Below, piece after piece: positions 1 to 10,658 of a stretch of 64,000 nt of DNA; the stretch's first letter is position 1, and each line of letters begins with the position of its first letter. This stretch comes from Rubrivivax sp. (GTDB taxonomy: Bacteria > Pseudomonadota > Gammaproteobacteria > Burkholderiales > Burkholderiaceae_C): NCBI GenBank assembly GCA_022842595.1, contig JALHPF010000012.1, positions 37,358 through 101,357 of the forward strand, read 5' to 3'. Below the pieces are notes generated by a model. The model worked only from the letters and a program-made list of their open reading frames with translations. It was not told the origin of the DNA and did not search any database. The position numbers were made by a program, and so were the translations under genes.

Positions 1-1434
1 GACGGCACACCGGTGTCGGCGGCCGAGGCGGTGGCGGGCGGTCGCGCTGTCGGCGTTCCCGGTGTGCTGCCGATGCTGGAATCGGCGCACCGCCTGCATG
101 GCCGGCTGCCCTGGGCGAGCTTGTTCGAACCCGCGATCCGGCTCGCCGACGAAGGCTTCCTGATCGGCGAACGGCTGCACACGCTGCTGCGGACCAACGT
201 GCAGCTGCGTCAGGACGCGCAGGCCCGGGCCTACTTCTACGGCGCCGACGGGCAGGCGCACCCGGTGGGACACCGCCTGCGCAACCCGGCCCTGGCAGCC
301 GTGCTGCGGGCGGTGGCCGCGCAGGGCGGTGTGGCGATGCAACAGGGCCCGATCGCGGCCGACCTCGTGGCGCGTGTGCGTTCGCACCCGGTGCCGGGCG
401 CGATGACGCTGGCCGATCTTGCGGGCTACAGCCCGATTCGCCGAGAAGCGATGTGTACCGACTGGCGGGCGCATTGGCGGGTGTGCGGGTTCCCGCCGCC
501 TTCCAGCGGGCATCTGGCGATGATGCAGTTGCTGGGGCTGCTGGACGCTGCACCGGTTGCCGCTGCCCACGGGGCGGTGGCCGCGCTTGCCGCGCCCGTG
601 GCGGCAGGGCCGGGTCCGCTGCATCTGTATGTCGAGGCCGGCCGTCTGGCCTGGGCCGACCGCGCTCGTTATGTGGCCGACCCTGCGTTCGTGCCCGCGC
701 CGGCGGGCGACTGGCGCAGTCTGCTGGGCGCCGACTACCTGCGCCAGCGCGCCGGCCTGCTGGGCCCGGCGCGCATGCCGACGGTCGAGGCCGGCCAGCC
801 GGCCGGCGCGGCCGACCCGAGCCTGGCCCAGGCGCCGATGCCCGAACAGCCCGAACATGGCACCAGCCACGTCAGCATCGTCGACGAGCGCGGCCAGGCC
901 TTGGCCTTGACCACCAGCGTCGAGGCCGCCTTCGGTGCCCGCATGCTGGCCGACGGCGGCACGGGCCTGACGGGAGGCTACATCCTGAACAACCAGCTCA
1001 CCGACTTCAGCTTTGTCCCGGCCGACGCCCAGGGCCGCCCGGTGGCCAACCGGCTGCAGCCGGGCAAGCGGCCACGCTCGAGCATGGCGCCCACGCTGGT
1101 GTTCGACCGCCAGAGCGGCCAGTTGCTGCTGGTGCTGGGTTCGCCGGGTGGCCCGCTGATCCCGCACTTCGTGACGCGCACCCTGCTGGCCACGCTGGTG
1201 GGTGGGCAGGACGTGCAGCGTGCGATCGACGGCGCCCATGCGGCGGATCCGGGCGGGCCGGTGTTGCTGGAAAAGGGCCGATTTCCCGCTGCGACCGTCG
1301 AAGCCCTGCGGGGCCTTGGCCACCGCGTGCTCGAAGTCGAACTGCCCAGCGGGCTGCACGGCATCCAGCGCACGCCGGATGGCTGGTTCGGCGGCGCCGA
1401 CCCGCGGCGCGAAGGTGTGGTGCGGGGCGACTGA
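1..1434 (+). CDS. ggt: gamma-glutamyltransferase, 5'-truncated by window edge
   Basis: Reading frame is open from position 1 and the listed start at 13 is only the first GTG. GGT-family motifs are present, including the autoprocessing Thr context PEHGTSHVSIVD, plus LNNQLTDFS and GGADPRREG near the C-terminus. Confidence 0.85.
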   Translation, partial: DGTPVSAAEAVAGGRAVGVPGVLPMLESAHRLHGRLPWASLFEPAIRLADEGFLIGERLHTLLRTNVQLRQDAQARAYFYGADGQAHPVGHRLRNPALAAVLRAVAAQGGVAMQQGPIAADLVARVRSHPVPGAMTLADLAGYSPIRREAMCTDWRAHWRVCGFPPPSSGHLAMMQLLGLLDAAPVAAAHGAVAALAAPVAAGPGPLHLYVEAGRLAWADRARYVADPAFVPAPAGDWRSLLGADYLRQRAGLLGPARMPTVEAGQPAGAADPSLAQAPMPEQPEHGTSHVSIVDERGQALALTTSVEAAFGARMLADGGTGLTGGYILNNQLTDFSFVPADAQGRPVANRLQPGKRPRSSMAPTLVFDRQSGQLLLVLGSPGGPLIPHFVTRTLLATLVGGQDVQRAIDGAHAADPGGPVLLEKGRFPAATVEALRGLGHRVLEVELPSGLHGIQRTPDGWFGGADPRREGVVRGD

Positions 1435-1452
1435 CGCGCCTGCGCGGTGCCG

Positions 1453-2100
1453 TCAGTACAGCGTGGCCTGCTGCCGCGCCTGCAGCGCGGTGTCGTAGGC
1501 GTCGCCGTCGACTTCCGCCTGACTCAGGCATTCGAGGATGGCGCCGGGTGTTGGCAGGTAGGCCGGGGGCAGGGCCGCCGCCCAGAGCTTCGAGCGCTTG
1601 ATCGCCCTGGCGCACTGGAAGAAGACGCTGTCGACCGCGATCACCAGCACCGAAGCAGGTGCCTGGCCGCTGACCACGAACTCGGCGCACAGCGCTGGCG
1701 AAGCGCTGATGCGTGCCCGCCCGTTCACGCGCAAGGCCTCGCCCGCACCCGGTACCAGGAAGAGCAGCGCGACACGAGGGTCGCGCGCGATGTTGCGCAG
1801 GCTGTCGATGCGCTGGTTGCCGCGTCGGTCGGGCAGCAGCAGGGTGTGTTCGTCGGCCACGCGCACGAAGCCGGGTGCGTCACCGCGGGGCGAGATGTCC
1901 AGGCCCTGTTCGCTCACGGTGGCCAGCACGGCGAAAGGCGATGCCTCGATGTAGGGCCGGTACAGCGGGTGCACATGGTCCACCACCTTGGCCAGCGAGG
2001 TGACACCCGGCCCGGTGGCGTACACGCGTCGCAGATCGGCTTCGTCCAGCAGGTCGTGGCTGCGGTCTTTCGCCAGGGCGAGCAGGGCGCCAGTGTCCAT
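1453..2100 (-). CDS. PPOX-class (pyridoxamine 5'-phosphate oxidase-like) FMN-binding family protein
   Basis: 215-aa ORF with normal, non-artefact composition. Motifs PRGDAPGF, RGNQRIDSLRNI and VALLFLVPG resemble the split-barrel flavoprotein family. Specific function is not assignable. Confidence 0.55.
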   Translation of the reverse strand: MDTGALLALAKDRSHDLLDEADLRRVYATGPGVTSLAKVVDHVHPLYRPYIEASPFAVLATVSEQGLDISPRGDAPGFVRVADEHTLLLPDRRGNQRIDSLRNIARDPRVALLFLVPGAGEALRVNGRARISASPALCAEFVVSGQAPASVLVIAVDSVFFQCARAIKRSKLWAAALPPAYLPTPGAILECLSQAEVDGDAYDTALQARQQATLY

Positions 2101-2104
2101 CGGC

Positions 2105-3037
2105 TCAGCCGATGCGGCCCAGCAGCAGGTACTCCATCAGCGCCTTCTGCACGTGCATGCGGTTCTCGGCTTCGTCCCAGACCACGCTCTGCGGCCCGTC
2201 GATGACTTCGGCCGTGACTTCCTCGCCGCGATGAGCGGGCAGGCAGTGCATGAAGAGCGCGTCGGGCTGGGCCACGGCCATCATGTCCTCGTCGACGCAC
2301 CAGTCGACGAAGGCCTTGCGGCGTTCGTCGTTCTCGGCCTCGAAGCCCATGCTCGTCCAGACGTCGGTGGTCACCAGGTGAGCGCCTTCGCAAGCCTGCA
2401 GCGGGTGGTCGAAGACCTTGTAGCAGCGCGTGTCGCGGATGCCGGCAACGGCGGCGTCGACCTCGTAACCGCCAGGCGTGCTGACATGCACCGTGAAGCC
2501 CAGCGTCTCGGCCGCCTGCAGCCAGGTGTTGGCCATGTTGTTGCCGTCACCCACCCAGGCCACCACCTTGCCCTGGATGCTGCCGCGGTGCTCGATGTAG
2601 GTGTAGATGTCCGCGAGGATCTGGCAGGGGTGGTATTCGTTCGTCAGCCCGTTGATCACAGGCACGCGCGAGTGCGCGGCAAAGCGCTCGATCTTGGCCT
2701 GCTCGAAGGTGCGGATCATCACGATGTCGACCATGCGGCTGATCACACGCGCGGTGTCCTCCACCGGTTCGGCGCGGCCGAGTTGGCTGTCGCCGGTGGT
2801 GAGGTTCAGCACCGAGCCACCCATCTGGTACATGCCGGCCTCGAAGCTGACGCGGGTGCGGGTGCTGGCCTTCTCGAAGATCATCGCCAGCGTGCGGTCG
2901 ACGAGTGGCTGGTAACGCTCGTAGTTCTTGAAGCGCGTCTTGATCGTGCGGGTGCGCTCGAAGAGGTAGGCGTACTCCTCGGTGCGCAGGTCCTTGAACT
3001 GAAGGTAGTGCTTGATCAAGCTCGAGCCCGGTTTCAT
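2105..3037 (-). CDS. argF: ornithine carbamoyltransferase
   Basis: OTCase signatures STRTRVSFE and HPCQILAD. Start placed at ATG 3037 (MKPGSSLIKHY...), which overlaps the argD stop as ATGA. The listed ORF start at 3070 would overlap argD by 37 nt. Confidence 0.9.
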   Translation of the reverse strand: MKPGSSLIKHYLQFKDLRTEEYAYLFERTRTIKTRFKNYERYQPLVDRTLAMIFEKASTRTRVSFEAGMYQMGGSVLNLTTGDSQLGRAEPVEDTARVISRMVDIVMIRTFEQAKIERFAAHSRVPVINGLTNEYHPCQILADIYTYIEHRGSIQGKVVAWVGDGNNMANTWLQAAETLGFTVHVSTPGGYEVDAAVAGIRDTRCYKVFDHPLQACEGAHLVTTDVWTSMGFEAENDERRKAFVDWCVDEDMMAVAQPDALFMHCLPAHRGEEVTAEVIDGPQSVVWDEAENRMHVQKALMEYLLLGRIG

Positions 3038-4260
3038 GGCTCGGCCAGGAACTGGCGTACCAGCGGGCACAGGATGGCCACGATCTTCGCGGCCTCGTCG
3101 TAGGTCAGGATCAGCGGCGGCACGAGGCGGATGACGCGGTCGGCGGTGACGCTGATCATCAGCCCGGCCTCGGCCGCGCGGCCCAGCAGCACGCCGCAGG
3201 GGCGGTCGAGCTCGATGCCGATCATCAGCCCGGCGCCGCGCACTTCCTTCACGCCGGCCAGCCCGGCCAGTTCATGGCGCAAGCCGGCCTGCAGCGCTTC
3301 GCCCACCTGGGCCGCGTTCTCGAGCAGGCCGTCTTCCTCGCAGATGCGCAGCGTCTCGACGCCGGCGCGCATGGCCAGCGGGTTGCCGCCGAATGTGGTG
3401 CCGTGGTTGCCTGGGCCCAGCACGTTCAGCGCCCGCGGGCCGCAGACGACGGCGCCGATCGGCACGCCCGAGCCCAGGCCCTTGGCCAGCGGCATCACGT
3501 CGGGCTGGATGCCGGCCCACTGGTGGGCGAACCACTTGCCGGTGCGGCCGATGCCGCACTGCACCTCGTCCAGCATCAGCAGCCAGTCATGGGCGTTGCA
3601 GGCCTGGCGCAGGCCCTGCAGGTATTCCCAGCGCGCCGGGTTGACCCCGCCTTCGCCCTGGATGGTCTCCAGGAACACGGCAACGATGTTCGGGTTGCTG
3701 CGGGCCGCGGCCTCGATCGCGGCCAGGTCGTTCATGGGCACACGCACGAAACCCTCGACGAGAGGGCCGAAACCGGCCTGCACCTTCGGGTTGCCGGTGG
3801 CCGACAGCGTGGCGATGCTGCGGCCGTGGAAGGCGCGTTCGTAGACGATGATTTCGGGCCGGTCGATGCCCTTGTCGTGGCCGAACTTGCGCGCGATCTT
3901 CAGTGCGGCCTCGTTCGCTTCCAGGCCGGAATTGCAGAAGAAGGCGCCGTCCAGGCCCGAGATCTCGCAGAGCTTGGCCGCGAGTTGCTCCTGCAGCGGG
4001 ATCTCGTAGTAATTGCTGGTGTGGATGAGCTTGGCCACCTGGTCCTGCAGGGCCGGCACCAGCTTCGGGTGGGCGTGACCCAGGGTGTTGACGGCGATGC
4101 CGCCCAGGCCGTCAAGGTAGGCCTTGCCGTTGACATCCCAGACCCAGCAGCCTCGGCCATGCGACAGCGCGATGGGCAGGCGCCCATAGGTGTTCAGCAC
4201 ATGAGGCATGGGGCGTGGCGCAGGGCGATCGAGCGCCTTGACGGGTTCGGGAGCATTCAT
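3034..4260 (-). CDS. argD: acetylornithine aminotransferase (class III PLP aminotransferase)
   Basis: 408-aa ORF with class-III aminotransferase motifs (FCNSGLEANEAALKIARK, LMLDEVQCGIGRTGKWFA). Sits immediately upstream of argF and is translationally coupled to it. An internal ATG (MPHVLNTYGR) is an alternative start. Confidence 0.85.
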   Translation of the reverse strand: MNAPEPVKALDRPAPRPMPHVLNTYGRLPIALSHGRGCWVWDVNGKAYLDGLGGIAVNTLGHAHPKLVPALQDQVAKLIHTSNYYEIPLQEQLAAKLCEISGLDGAFFCNSGLEANEAALKIARKFGHDKGIDRPEIIVYERAFHGRSIATLSATGNPKVQAGFGPLVEGFVRVPMNDLAAIEAAARSNPNIVAVFLETIQGEGGVNPARWEYLQGLRQACNAHDWLLMLDEVQCGIGRTGKWFAHQWAGIQPDVMPLAKGLGSGVPIGAVVCGPRALNVLGPGNHGTTFGGNPLAMRAGVETLRICEEDGLLENAAQVGEALQAGLRHELAGLAGVKEVRGAGLMIGIELDRPCGVLLGRAAEAGLMISVTADRVIRLVPPLILTYDEAAKIVAILCPLVRQFLAEP

Positions 4261-4392
4261 CGCAGGGCCTTCCAGTCGGCAAGGGTGTATGCCGGGCCGC
4301 GAATTCTAAAGGTCGGCCTGGCGTGTCACCCGTCATGCTGCGACGCAGCACCTGCAAGGCACAATGTCAGGGGTTTCCCTGAACAGAGCTTG

Positions 4393-4698
4393 ATGACTTC
4401 TACCGCGCCGCGCCGCTACTACATCCAGGGCATCACCCTGCAGGGACGCACCTTCCGGCCCAGTGACTGGGCCGAGCGGCTGGCCGGTGCGATGTCCAGT
4501 TTCCGCCCGGCCGGTGGCCTGGGCGGCAAGGCAGCCTACATCGGCTATTCGCCCTACTGCGTGCCGCAGGTCATCGACGGCGTGAAGTGCGTCCTGGTCA
4601 ACGAGGCCTTGCGCGACATCGAACCGATGGCCTGGGACTTCGTGATGAACTTCGCGGCCGACAACGAGCTGAAGGTGGTGGACGCCGAATCAGCCTGA
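4393..4698 (+). CDS. small conserved protein, DUF3579-like
   Basis: Only the last 101 codons (MTSTAPRRYYIQGITLQGR...) of the 474-aa ORF 3274-4698 are outside argD antisense. This part has normal composition and is followed by a terminator hairpin. Family assignment is from memory of similar about 100-aa Burkholderiales proteins. Confidence 0.5.
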   Translation: MTSTAPRRYYIQGITLQGRTFRPSDWAERLAGAMSSFRPAGGLGGKAAYIGYSPYCVPQVIDGVKCVLVNEALRDIEPMAWDFVMNFAADNELKVVDAESA

Positions 4699-4704
4699 AA
4701 ACGC

Positions 4705-4730
4705 AAAAAGCCCGCGTTGGCGGGCTTTCT
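4705..4730. terminator. bidirectional intrinsic terminator between convergent DUF3579-like gene and rpsT
   Basis: aaaaAGCCCGCgttgGCGGGCTttct: a 7-bp GC stem flanked by an A-run on one side and a T-run on the other. Confidence 0.6.
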
Positions 4731-4762
4731 TGGGCACCGGGGAAGCCCGGAGCTCTGCGGAA

Positions 4763-5065
4763 TCAGGCCGCGAGGGCCAGGGCCTTCACCTTGGCCGACA
4801 GGCGGCTCTTCAGGCGGGCGGCCTTGTTCTTGTGGAACACGCCCTTGTCGGCGACCGAGTCGATGACGCTCTGCGCCGACTTGAAGGTGTCGGTGGCCTT
4901 GGCCTTGTCGCCACTGGCAACGGCTTTCACGACGTTCTTCACGACCGTGCGAAAGCGCGAGCGCAGCGAGGTGTTGGCGGCGTTGAGCACCACGTCCTGG
5001 CGCGCGCGCTTGCGGCCCGAGGCGAGGCGAACGGTTTTCTTCTTGGCTTTGGACGAGGTGGCCAT
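4763..5065 (-). CDS. rpsT: 30S ribosomal protein S20
   Basis: Last 100 codons of the artefactual 1039-aa ORF: [28 protein letters not shown]...[17 protein letters not shown], a typical basic S20 sequence. Confidence 0.9.
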   Translation of the reverse strand: MATSSKAKKKTVRLASGRKRARQDVVLNAANTSLRSRFRTVVKNVVKAVASGDKAKATDTFKSAQSVIDSVADKGVFHKNKAARLKSRLSAKVKALALAA

Positions 5066-5161
5066 GCTGCTGCTTGAGATGTGAATAGCAAAGACAGTCG
5101 AGTATAGCAGGCTCGCCCGCATTGCCAATCGCTGCTGGTTCGGCCGCCTATACTTCAGCGG

Positions 5162-6718
5162 TTGAACCTCCTCAAGGCCGCCTCCACCGTCTCGCTGCTG
5201 ACCCTGGTGTCCCGCATCACGGGCCTGGTGCGTGAGCAGCTGATCGCCGCCAGCTTCGGCGCCAGCGCCGCCACCGACGCCTTCAACGTCGCGTTCCGCA
5301 TCCCGAACCTGTTCCGGCGCCTGTTTGCCGAAGGTGCCTTCTCGCAGGCCTTCGTGCCGCTGATGGCCGCCACTCGGGCGAAGGACGGCGACGCCGCCAC
5401 CGGCGAACTGATCGACGCCGTCGCCACTCTCCTGGCGTGGGCCTTGCTGCTGACCTGCATCGCGGGTGTGGCCGCCGCGCCGGCATTGGTCTGGGCCATG
5501 GGTTCCGGCCTGCAGGCCTTCGACGACGCGGTGGTGATGACGCGTGTCATGTTTCCGTACATCGGCTTCATGTCGATGGTGGCGCTGGCCGCAGGCATCC
5601 TGAACACCTGGAAGCGCTTCGCGGTGCCTGCCATCACGCCGGTGCTGCTGAACCTGTCGGTGATCGCCGCAGCCTGGTGGGGGGCGCCCTATTTCAAGGC
5701 GGAGGGCATCGAGCCGGTGTTCGCCCTGGCCGCTGGCGTGATGCTGGGCGGGGTACTGCAGGCCGCGGTGCAGATTCCGGCCTTGGCAGCCATCGGCCGG
5801 CTGCCTCGCATCGGGCTGCTGCCGGCGTCGATTGCGCGGGCCTGGCGCCACCCGGGCACGCGCCAGGTGCTGCGGCTGATGGCGCCGGCGCTGCTGGGGG
5901 TGTCGGTGGCGCAGATCTCGCTGCTCATCAATACCCAGATCGCCTCCCATGTGGCTGTGGGCGCGGTGTCCTGGCTGACCTACGCCGACCGGCTGATGGA
6001 ATTCCCCACCGCCCTGCTCGGCGTGGCTCTGGGCGTGGTGCTGCTGCCACAGCTGTCGGCGGCCAAGGGGCGGCAAGACGCCGAAGGGTTCTCCGACATG
6101 CTGGACTGGGGCCTGCGGCTGGTGCTGCTGCTGGCGCTGCCATGCGCGCTGGCTCTGCTGCTGTTTCCCACCGGCCTCGTGGCGGTGCTCTACCACTACG
6201 GCGCCTTCACCGCTGCCGACCTGGCGATGACCGTTCGCGCGCTGCAGGGCTACGGCGTCGGCCTTCTGGGGCTGGTGGCCATCAAGGTGCTGGCGCCGGC
6301 GTTCTACGCGCGGCAGGACATTCGCACGCCAGTGAAGATCGCCATCGGCGTGCTGCTGGCCACCCAGGCCATGAACCTGGTGCTGGTGCCCTGGCTGGGC
6401 CATGCCGGGCTGGCGCTGTCGATCGGCCTGGGTGCGCTCGTCAACGCCGGCCTGCTGTTGGGCGGCCTGCTCAAGCGCGGGGTCTACATGCCGCGGCCTG
6501 GCTGGCGCCGGTTTGGCTTGCAGGTGCTGGTAGCGAATGTCGCGCTTGGCGCGGTGCTGGCGCTGGCGGCTCAGGGCATCGACTGGGTCGGGCTGCAAGC
6601 TGAATGGGCCAAGCGGGTGGGTGCAGTGGCGGCGGTGCTGGGCGGCGTGGCACTGCTCTACTTCGGCGTCCTGGCGTTGCTGGGCCTGCGGCCGGGGCAG
6701 TTCGTGCGCCGGGGCTGA
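5162..6718 (+). CDS. murJ: lipid II flippase MurJ (MviN)
   Basis: Canonical N-terminus [25 protein letters not shown]...[22 protein letters not shown] and a multi-TM profile. The start codon is TTG at 5162. Confidence 0.9.
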   Translation: MNLLKAASTVSLLTLVSRITGLVREQLIAASFGASAATDAFNVAFRIPNLFRRLFAEGAFSQAFVPLMAATRAKDGDAATGELIDAVATLLAWALLLTCIAGVAAAPALVWAMGSGLQAFDDAVVMTRVMFPYIGFMSMVALAAGILNTWKRFAVPAITPVLLNLSVIAAAWWGAPYFKAEGIEPVFALAAGVMLGGVLQAAVQIPALAAIGRLPRIGLLPASIARAWRHPGTRQVLRLMAPALLGVSVAQISLLINTQIASHVAVGAVSWLTYADRLMEFPTALLGVALGVVLLPQLSAAKGRQDAEGFSDMLDWGLRLVLLLALPCALALLLFPTGLVAVLYHYGAFTAADLAMTVRALQGYGVGLLGLVAIKVLAPAFYARQDIRTPVKIAIGVLLATQAMNLVLVPWLGHAGLALSIGLGALVNAGLLLGGLLKRGVYMPRPGWRRFGLQVLVANVALGAVLALAAQGIDWVGLQAEWAKRVGAVAAVLGGVALLYFGVLALLGLRPGQFVRRG

Positions 6719-6733
6719 CCTACACTGGCTGGC

Positions 6734-7612
6734 ATGTCCGGAACCCTGAACTTCGCCACGCCGACCGCGCTGCAGTACTTCGCCGCGCTCGTGGCCGACG
6801 ACGCCACGCTGCCGGTGGCGGAAACCGCCGTGGCCGTGGGCCAGGACGACGAGCCTCGGCTCGACACCCAGGGTGTGCTGGCCCAGATCGACGCGCTGGC
6901 CGAGCGCCTGCGCAAGCGCCTGCCCAGTGACGCTGGCCCGTTGCAGCGCCTGCGCCTGCTGAACACCTATTTCTTCCACGAACTGGGCTTCGCCGGCAAC
7001 GTCAACGACTACCACGACCGGCGCAACAGTTACGTGCACGAGGTGCTCAAGACACGCCGCGGCATCCCCATCACGCTGGCGGTGCTGTATGTCGAGATTG
7101 CCACGCAGGTCGGCCTGCAGGCCCAGGGCGTGTCGTTTCCCGGGCACTTCCTGGTGAAGCTGCGCATGCCGCGAGGCGAGGTGATCCTCGACCCTTTCAG
7201 CGGCCAGACGCTGTCGCGCGACGAGCTCGAAGACCGCCTCGCGCCCTTCCGGCGCCGTTTCGGCCTGACCGGGGAAAACGAAGTGCCGCTGGGCCTGTAC
7301 CTGCAGGCCGCCGAGCCGCGGGACATCATCGCCCGGCTGCTGCGCAACCTGAAGGAAATCCACCGCCGTGTCGGCGACCGGCCGCGCCTGGTGGCGGTGC
7401 TGCAACGCCTGGTGACGCTGCTGCCGCAGGCCTGGGACGAACGACGCGACCTCGCCCTGGTGCAGGGCGAGCTGGGGCGCCTGGAAGACGCCATCGACGA
7501 CCTGGCGCTCTACCTCCAACACCGGCCCGACGCCGACGATGCCGAACGCATGCGGGTGCAGCTGTCGTCGTGGCAGGCGCGCATCGCCCGGGCCACCGGC
7601 CGGGCGCGCTGA
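6734..7612 (+). CDS. SirB1-family protein (transglutaminase-like N-domain plus TPR-like C-domain)
   Basis: 292-aa ORF. The motif [32 protein letters not shown]...GHFLVK matches the UPF0162/SirB1 pattern from memory. Confidence 0.55.
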   Translation: MSGTLNFATPTALQYFAALVADDATLPVAETAVAVGQDDEPRLDTQGVLAQIDALAERLRKRLPSDAGPLQRLRLLNTYFFHELGFAGNVNDYHDRRNSYVHEVLKTRRGIPITLAVLYVEIATQVGLQAQGVSFPGHFLVKLRMPRGEVILDPFSGQTLSRDELEDRLAPFRRRFGLTGENEVPLGLYLQAAEPRDIIARLLRNLKEIHRRVGDRPRLVAVLQRLVTLLPQAWDERRDLALVQGELGRLEDAIDDLALYLQHRPDADDAERMRVQLSSWQARIARATGRAR

Positions 7613-8317
7613 ATGGCGATGCGACAGCTTCCCCTGGCCATCGGCCCGGTGCCCGAACCTACGTTCGACAACTTCCTGCCAGGCTCCAACGGCGCCTTGC
7701 GGGCGCAGTTGCTGGCACTGGCGGAAAACGCGACCAACGTGGCTGGCGCGCCGGCGCCGCTGTACCTGTGGGGCCCGGCTGGCAGTGGCAAGACGCACCT
7801 GTTGCGCGCGCTGACCCAGCATCTGCAGGCACACGGGCATGGCGTGGGCTGGTTCGACGCCGGCACCCCGCAGCCCTGGCACTGGTCACACGACTGGCAG
7901 CTGGTCGTCATCGACGGCTGCGACCGCCTTGACGAAGCGGGGCAGCAAGCCGCCTTCGCGCTCTTTGTCGAAGCCGCTGCCCAGGGCACGCAGGTGGCCA
8001 CCGCCGGCCGGTTGCCACCGGTCGACCTGCCGCTGCGCGACGACCTGAAAAGCCGCCTCGCCTGGGGCCATGTGCTGGCCCTGCAGCCGCTGGGCGACGC
8101 CGAAACCCGGGCCGTGCTGCGCCGTCAGTCCGACGAACGCGGCCTGCTGCTGCCCGACGAGGTGCTGGACTACCTGCTCACCCGCTTCGAGCGCAACCTG
8201 GGCACCCTGATGCGCCTGCTCGACGCGCTCGACAGCTATGCCCTGGTGAACAGCCGCCACATCACCGTGCCCCTCGTGCGCGCGCTGCTGGCCGAACCCG
8301 ATCTCGCCCCCGCATGA
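7613..8317 (+). CDS. hda: DnaA regulatory inactivator Hda
   Basis: Short AAA+ protein with Walker [13 protein letters not shown]-terminal [17 protein letters not shown] is typical of Hda. The start follows the upstream stop directly. Confidence 0.75.
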   Translation: MAMRQLPLAIGPVPEPTFDNFLPGSNGALRAQLLALAENATNVAGAPAPLYLWGPAGSGKTHLLRALTQHLQAHGHGVGWFDAGTPQPWHWSHDWQLVVIDGCDRLDEAGQQAAFALFVEAAAQGTQVATAGRLPPVDLPLRDDLKSRLAWGHVLALQPLGDAETRAVLRRQSDERGLLLPDEVLDYLLTRFERNLGTLMRLLDALDSYALVNSRHITVPLVRALLAEPDLAPA

Positions 8318-8982
8318 ATCTCACGCTCTTCGACCTGGACGGCACCCTGCTCCCCACCGATTCGGACCACGCCTTCGGCGAATTCCTGATCCAGCTGGGC
8401 TGGGCCGACGGCGACACCCATCGCCAGCGCAACGACGCCTTCTATGGCGACTACCAGGCCGGCCGCCTGGACATGGCCGCCTATGTCGATTTCGCCACCA
8501 GCCCCTGGCGTGGCCGCGGGGCCGATGAACTGGCCGCAGCCCAGGCGCTGTTCCTCGAACGCGTGGTGCAGCCGGCACTGCACCCGGCTGCGCTGCGCCT
8601 GGTGCAAAGCCATCGCGAACAGGGCGACCTGCTCGCGATCGTGACCGCCACCAACGAGTTCGTCACAAGGCCGATTGCTGCGATGTTCGGCATCGACGCG
8701 CTGATCGCCACCGAACTGGTGCGCGACCCGGCGGGCCGCGCCACCGGCGCCATTGCCGGCACACCCGCCTTCCGTGAGGGGAAAATCGCTCGGGTTCGGG
8801 CCTGGCTGGCGGCGCAGGGCCGCCAGATCGACGATTTTCCGGCCAGCACCTTTTACAGCGATTCCACCAACGACCTGCCGCTGCTCGAGCACGTGAGCCA
8901 CCCGGTGGCCACCAACCCCAGCCCGGCGCTGGAACGCCATGCCCGCGAACGCGGCTGGCCCGTTTTGAAGCTATTCGAATGA
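8314..8982 (+). CDS. HAD-IB family hydrolase (phosphoserine phosphatase-like)
   Basis: HAD motif I FDLDGTL, motif IVTATN and C-terminal YSDSTNDLPLL. ATGA overlap with hda. Confidence 0.7.
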   Translation: MNLTLFDLDGTLLPTDSDHAFGEFLIQLGWADGDTHRQRNDAFYGDYQAGRLDMAAYVDFATSPWRGRGADELAAAQALFLERVVQPALHPAALRLVQSHREQGDLLAIVTATNEFVTRPIAAMFGIDALIATELVRDPAGRATGAIAGTPAFREGKIARVRAWLAAQGRQIDDFPASTFYSDSTNDLPLLEHVSHPVATNPSPALERHARERGWPVLKLFE

Positions 8983-10649
8983 TCAAGAAATTCATCAACC
9001 GCCTGTTGGGCAAGGGCGACCCCGAAACTGCACCGGCTGCCGAGCCCGCGGCGCCCGTGGTGCCTTTGGGGGCCCGCGTGGAAGTGGCCGTGGCCGACCA
9101 CGGCATCGACCCCAGCCTGCTCGACGCCAACGCCGTGCGTGTCGTGAAGACGCTGAAGGACGCGGGCTACGAGGCCTACATCGTCGGCGGCGCCGTGCGC
9201 GACCTGCTGGTGGGCCTGCGCCCGAAGGACTTCGACGTCGCCACCGACGCCACGCCCGAGCAGGTGAAGGTGCTGTTTCGCCGCGCCTTCATCATCGGCC
9301 GTCGGTTCCGCCTGGTGCACGTGGTCTTCGGCCGTGGTCGCGAGCACGAGACGATCGAGGTGTCGACCTTCCGCGCCTACCTCGACATCGCCGCCGCCGA
9401 CACCGTGGCCGGCAACGAGAAGACCAGCAAGAACGAAATCGCCGACAAGACCCACGTCGTCGACGCCAGCGGCCGGGTGCTGCGCGACAACGTCTGGGGC
9501 CCGCAGATCGAGGACGCCGCGCGCCGCGACTTCAGCATCAACGCGATGTACTACGACCCGGTGTCGCAGATCGTGGTGGACTACCACGGCGGCATCGCCG
9601 ATATCCGCGCGAAGAAGCTGCGCATGATCGGCGACCCCGACACCCGCTACCGCGAAGACCCGGTGCGCATCGTGCGCGTGGTGCGCTTCGCGGCCAAGCT
9701 GGGCTTCGAGGTCGAACCCGCCACACGCAAGCCCATCAAGAAGATGGCGGCACTGCTGGCCAATGTGCCGGCCTCGCGCCTGTTCGACGAGATGGTCAAG
9801 CTGCTGCAGACCGGCCACGCGCTGGCCAGCATCGAAGAACTGAAGAAGCAGGGCCTGGATCGCGGCTTTTTCCCGGTGCTGGACGCCGTGCTCGCTGCAC
9901 CGAAACCGAATCCTGCGCGCGATGAATTCGTGCGCCTGGCGCTGCAGGACACCGACCGCCGCGTCGCGGAGGACCGCCCGGTCGCGCCGAGCTTCATGCT
10001 GGCCTGCCTCTTGTGGCACGAAGTGCTGGACCGCTGGAACGTGCTGAAGGCCGCTGGCGAAGCGCCGATTCCGGCGCTGCAGCAGGCCGTCGATGCGGTC
10101 TTCGATGCCCGCATCGGCGACATCTCGGGCCGCGGCAAGCTCGGCGGCGACATGCGCGAAATCTGGCTGATGCAGCCGCGTTTTGACCGGCGCACGCCGA
10201 GCGGCGCGCTTGGCCTCGCGAGCCAGCCGCGCTTTCGCGCCGGCTACGACTTCCTGCGCCTGCGCGCCGACACCGGCGAAGTGCCGGTGGACCTGGCCGA
10301 CTGGTGGGAAGACTTCCACCTGGGCAGCGACGAGGACCGCGAGGCCCTGCTCGCCGACGTGCGTGCCACGCAGCAGCCCAAGGTACGGCGGGTGCCCGGA
10401 CCGAAGTCTTCGGTGGCCGGCGTTTCAGCCGCGGAGCCTGGGGATGCCCGGGTGGCCACGGGTGCGCCGGTTGCGACTGACGCCAGTGAAACCGAAGACG
10501 AAGCAGGCGAGTCCGCCGCTGCACCGGCCCGCAAGCGGCGGCGCCGCCGGCGGCGCCCCGCCGGGGAAGGCGCAGGCAGTGGTGCAGGCAATGCCACGGA
10601 GCGCCCGGACGATGGGCCCGACCTGTCGCCGCCCCCGCGCATCGACTGA
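8979..10649 (+). CDS. pcnB: poly(A) polymerase I
   Basis: Nucleotidyltransferase motif YIVGGAVRDLLVGLRPKDFDVAT, RFRLVHVVFG and a basic Arg-rich C-terminal tail. Positioned directly upstream of folK, as in many proteobacteria. Confidence 0.85.
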   Translation: MIKKFINRLLGKGDPETAPAAEPAAPVVPLGARVEVAVADHGIDPSLLDANAVRVVKTLKDAGYEAYIVGGAVRDLLVGLRPKDFDVATDATPEQVKVLFRRAFIIGRRFRLVHVVFGRGREHETIEVSTFRAYLDIAAADTVAGNEKTSKNEIADKTHVVDASGRVLRDNVWGPQIEDAARRDFSINAMYYDPVSQIVVDYHGGIADIRAKKLRMIGDPDTRYREDPVRIVRVVRFAAKLGFEVEPATRKPIKKMAALLANVPASRLFDEMVKLLQTGHALASIEELKKQGLDRGFFPVLDAVLAAPKPNPARDEFVRLALQDTDRRVAEDRPVAPSFMLACLLWHEVLDRWNVLKAAGEAPIPALQQAVDAVFDARIGDISGRGKLGGDMREIWLMQPRFDRRTPSGALGLASQPRFRAGYDFLRLRADTGEVPVDLADWWEDFHLGSDEDREALLADVRATQQPKVRRVPGPKSSVAGVSAAEPGDARVATGAPVATDASETEDEAGESAAAPARKRRRRRRRPAGEGAGSGAGNATERPDDGPDLSPPPRID

Positions 10650-10658
10650 AGCGCCGGC

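Noticed and set aside
3274-4392. N-terminal 373 codons of the 474-aa plus-strand ORF 3274-4698
   Set aside because: This part is antisense to argD. Only the terminal 101 codons, downstream of the argD start, look like a real small gene.
4763-7882. 1039-aa ORF on the minus strand
   Set aside because: Only its last 100 codons (rpsT) are credible. The rest is antisense to murJ, the SirB1-like gene and hda. It has the extreme Arg/Gly/Ala/Pro/His composition typical of off-frame or antisense reading in about 70% GC DNA, and no recognisable motifs.
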